Shown here piece after piece: positions 62,714 through 64,000 of a stretch of 64,000 bases of DNA. A model generated the notes under the pieces. It was not told the DNA's origin. It did not search any database and saw only the letters and a list, made by a program, of their open reading frames with translations. The stretch comes from an uncultured Verrucomicrobiae bacterium (GTDB taxonomy: Bacteria; Verrucomicrobiota; Verrucomicrobiia; Chthoniobacterales; JAFAMB01), in assembly GCA_963762565.1 (NCBI GenBank), contig CAVXLD010000001.1, positions 1,056,001 through 1,120,000 of the forward strand. Reading direction: 5' to 3'. The position numbers were made by a program, and so were the translations under genes. Position 1 is the stretch's first letter, and every line of letters starts with the position of its first letter.

Positions 62714-63985
62714 TCAAAGGTCCCTTTCGGCGAGCTTGCGAAACGCGTCGGGAACGGAGCGGGACATTCCCAATGCGACCGATCCGTATCCAATCGCGTC
62801 CCATCCGAAGCGATCGCGGATGGTGTCCACAGCCCAATCGGCGGCCCAGCGCGCCATACCTCTCTTGCTGCCGGGGCGGCGCGACTCCTCCGCAAGCCCA
62901 AGTGGAAGCTCGAGCTGCAGCTCCGGGCGCTCCTCGAGATTCGATACAGAGATCGCCAGGAGCGAGATAGTCTTCTCACACGGATGCTGCGCGAGGACCG
63001 TGCGCACCAGTTCCTCTGCGATCTCGGCTAGGATTGCCGTCGTCGAAGTCGGCGCGTCGAGTGTTATGGAACGGCTGACGGAGCGCAGGTCGGCGAAGCG
63101 AACCCGGACCGTCACCGTTCGGCCGGGCCGGGAATTGGCCCGAAGCCGGCTGCAAATCCTGTCCGCGAGATGGCGCAGCGTCGGCCGAAAAACGCACTCT
63201 TCAGCAGCCTTGCGGCCGAGCGCTGACTGTGCGCCCGCCGATCCGGCCCGCCGATGACTCTTGATTTCCCGTGGATCACAATTCCACGCGAGCGCCGCGA
63301 GCTTCTCCCCCGCTGCGGGACCAAGCAACTGCGTGAGCGACCGTTCCGATGTTCGCGCCAGTTGTCCAATGGTACACACACCGAAGTCGGCCAGCCGGGC
63401 CTTAGTGACCGGGCCCACGCCCCACATCAGTTCGACGGGCAGATCGCGAAGGAAGTCCAGTTCCGTGCCAGGATCGACAACCACCAGCCCGTCGGGCTTG
63501 GCCGCTTGCGAGGCTATCTTCGCCAAGTGCTTGGTGCACGCCACGCCAACTGAGATCGGAAGGCCAAGCTCCGCCCGAACACGGCGCCGGATTGCTCCTG
63601 CAATTTCGGCCGGCGGACCAAACAGATGGGTGCAGCCCGCAACGTCGGCGAAGGCCTCATCGATGGAAATCCGCTCAACGAGAGGCGTAAAATCATTAAT
63701 TACCTTGATGACCGCATCGCCCAGCCGTTGGTAGTCCTGGAAATGGCCGCCAACAAAAACGAGCTGCGGGCAGAGCTCACGCGCCCGTCTGCCTGGCATG
63801 CCCCCGCCGACCCCGTAGGCCCTGGCTTCGTAAGAAGCAGCGAGCACGACTCCGCCACCGACAGCGATAGGCTTGCCGCGCAACGATGGGTCGAGCAACT
63901 GCTCGACCGATGCGTAGAACGCATCCAGGTCCGCATGAAGGATCGTTGCAGTCGTCTCCAGCTGTTCTTCGTTCACCAAGAGCAA
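62714..63985 (-). CDS. dinB: DNA polymerase IV (Y family)
   Basis: ILHADLDAFYASVEQ, ASYEAR, SIDEAF, AKIASQAAKPDG, WGVGP. Confidence 0.95.
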   Translation of the reverse strand: MLLVNEEQLETTATILHADLDAFYASVEQLLDPSLRGKPIAVGGGVVLAASYEARAYGVGGGMPGRRARELCPQLVFVGGHFQDYQRLGDAVIKVINDFTPLVERISIDEAFADVAGCTHLFGPPAEIAGAIRRRVRAELGLPISVGVACTKHLAKIASQAAKPDGLVVVDPGTELDFLRDLPVELMWGVGPVTKARLADFGVCTIGQLARTSERSLTQLLGPAAGEKLAALAWNCDPREIKSHRRAGSAGAQSALGRKAAEECVFRPTLRHLADRICSRLRANSRPGRTVTVRVRFADLRSVSRSITLDAPTSTTAILAEIAEELVRTVLAQHPCEKTISLLAISVSNLEERPELQLELPLGLAEESRRPGSKRGMARWAADWAVDTIRDRFGWDAIGYGSVALGMSRSVPDAFRKLAERDL

Positions 63986-64000
63986 CTATATCCTAGGCAA

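Overview
A 64 kb bacterial chromosomal segment of moderately high GC. Protein style suggests Verrucomicrobiota/PVC, which is an inference and was not checked. Housekeeping genes: carB, yicC, coaC-type flavoprotein, suhB, ispF, cysS, leuD, frr, pyrH, ligA and dinB. Metabolic blocks: a Mycobacterium-Sdh1-like succinate dehydrogenase operon, a malonate decarboxylase operon (mdcABCDE-F'-GH), glycosyltransferases, stress genes (chrB, ohr, azoR) and an HlyD/FUSC exporter. One intact tRNA-Arg(CCT) is followed by a defence-island-like stretch: a frameshifted ABC-ATPase/TOPRIM gene, a truncated AbiTii-like gene and three IS1182-family copies. Intergenic DNA is crowded with REP/REPIN-like inverted repeats and 7-9-mer runs, some nested in each other and some translated inside proteins. 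Most notable unannotated signals: (1) a consensus sigma-54 promoter driving a ~115-nt GGA-rich stem-loop RNA candidate between ligA and an Lrp gene; (2) IS1182 copies that all sit at the same position in the terminal repeat of a 180-bp MITE/REPIN-like element, whose left flank coincides with four gene truncations; (3) three translationally coupled 35-codon MdcE/REP/MdcD chimeric minigenes at the mdcD-mdcE junction; (4) a cluster of three tRNA relics, including a copy of the tRNA-Arg promoter and 5' end placed in front of a membrane-protein gene; (5) a 35-aa PAKK-repeat histone-H1-like microprotein with its own RBS and terminator. Some lesions (leuC, the G-run frameshift, tandem duplications) could be assembly errors.
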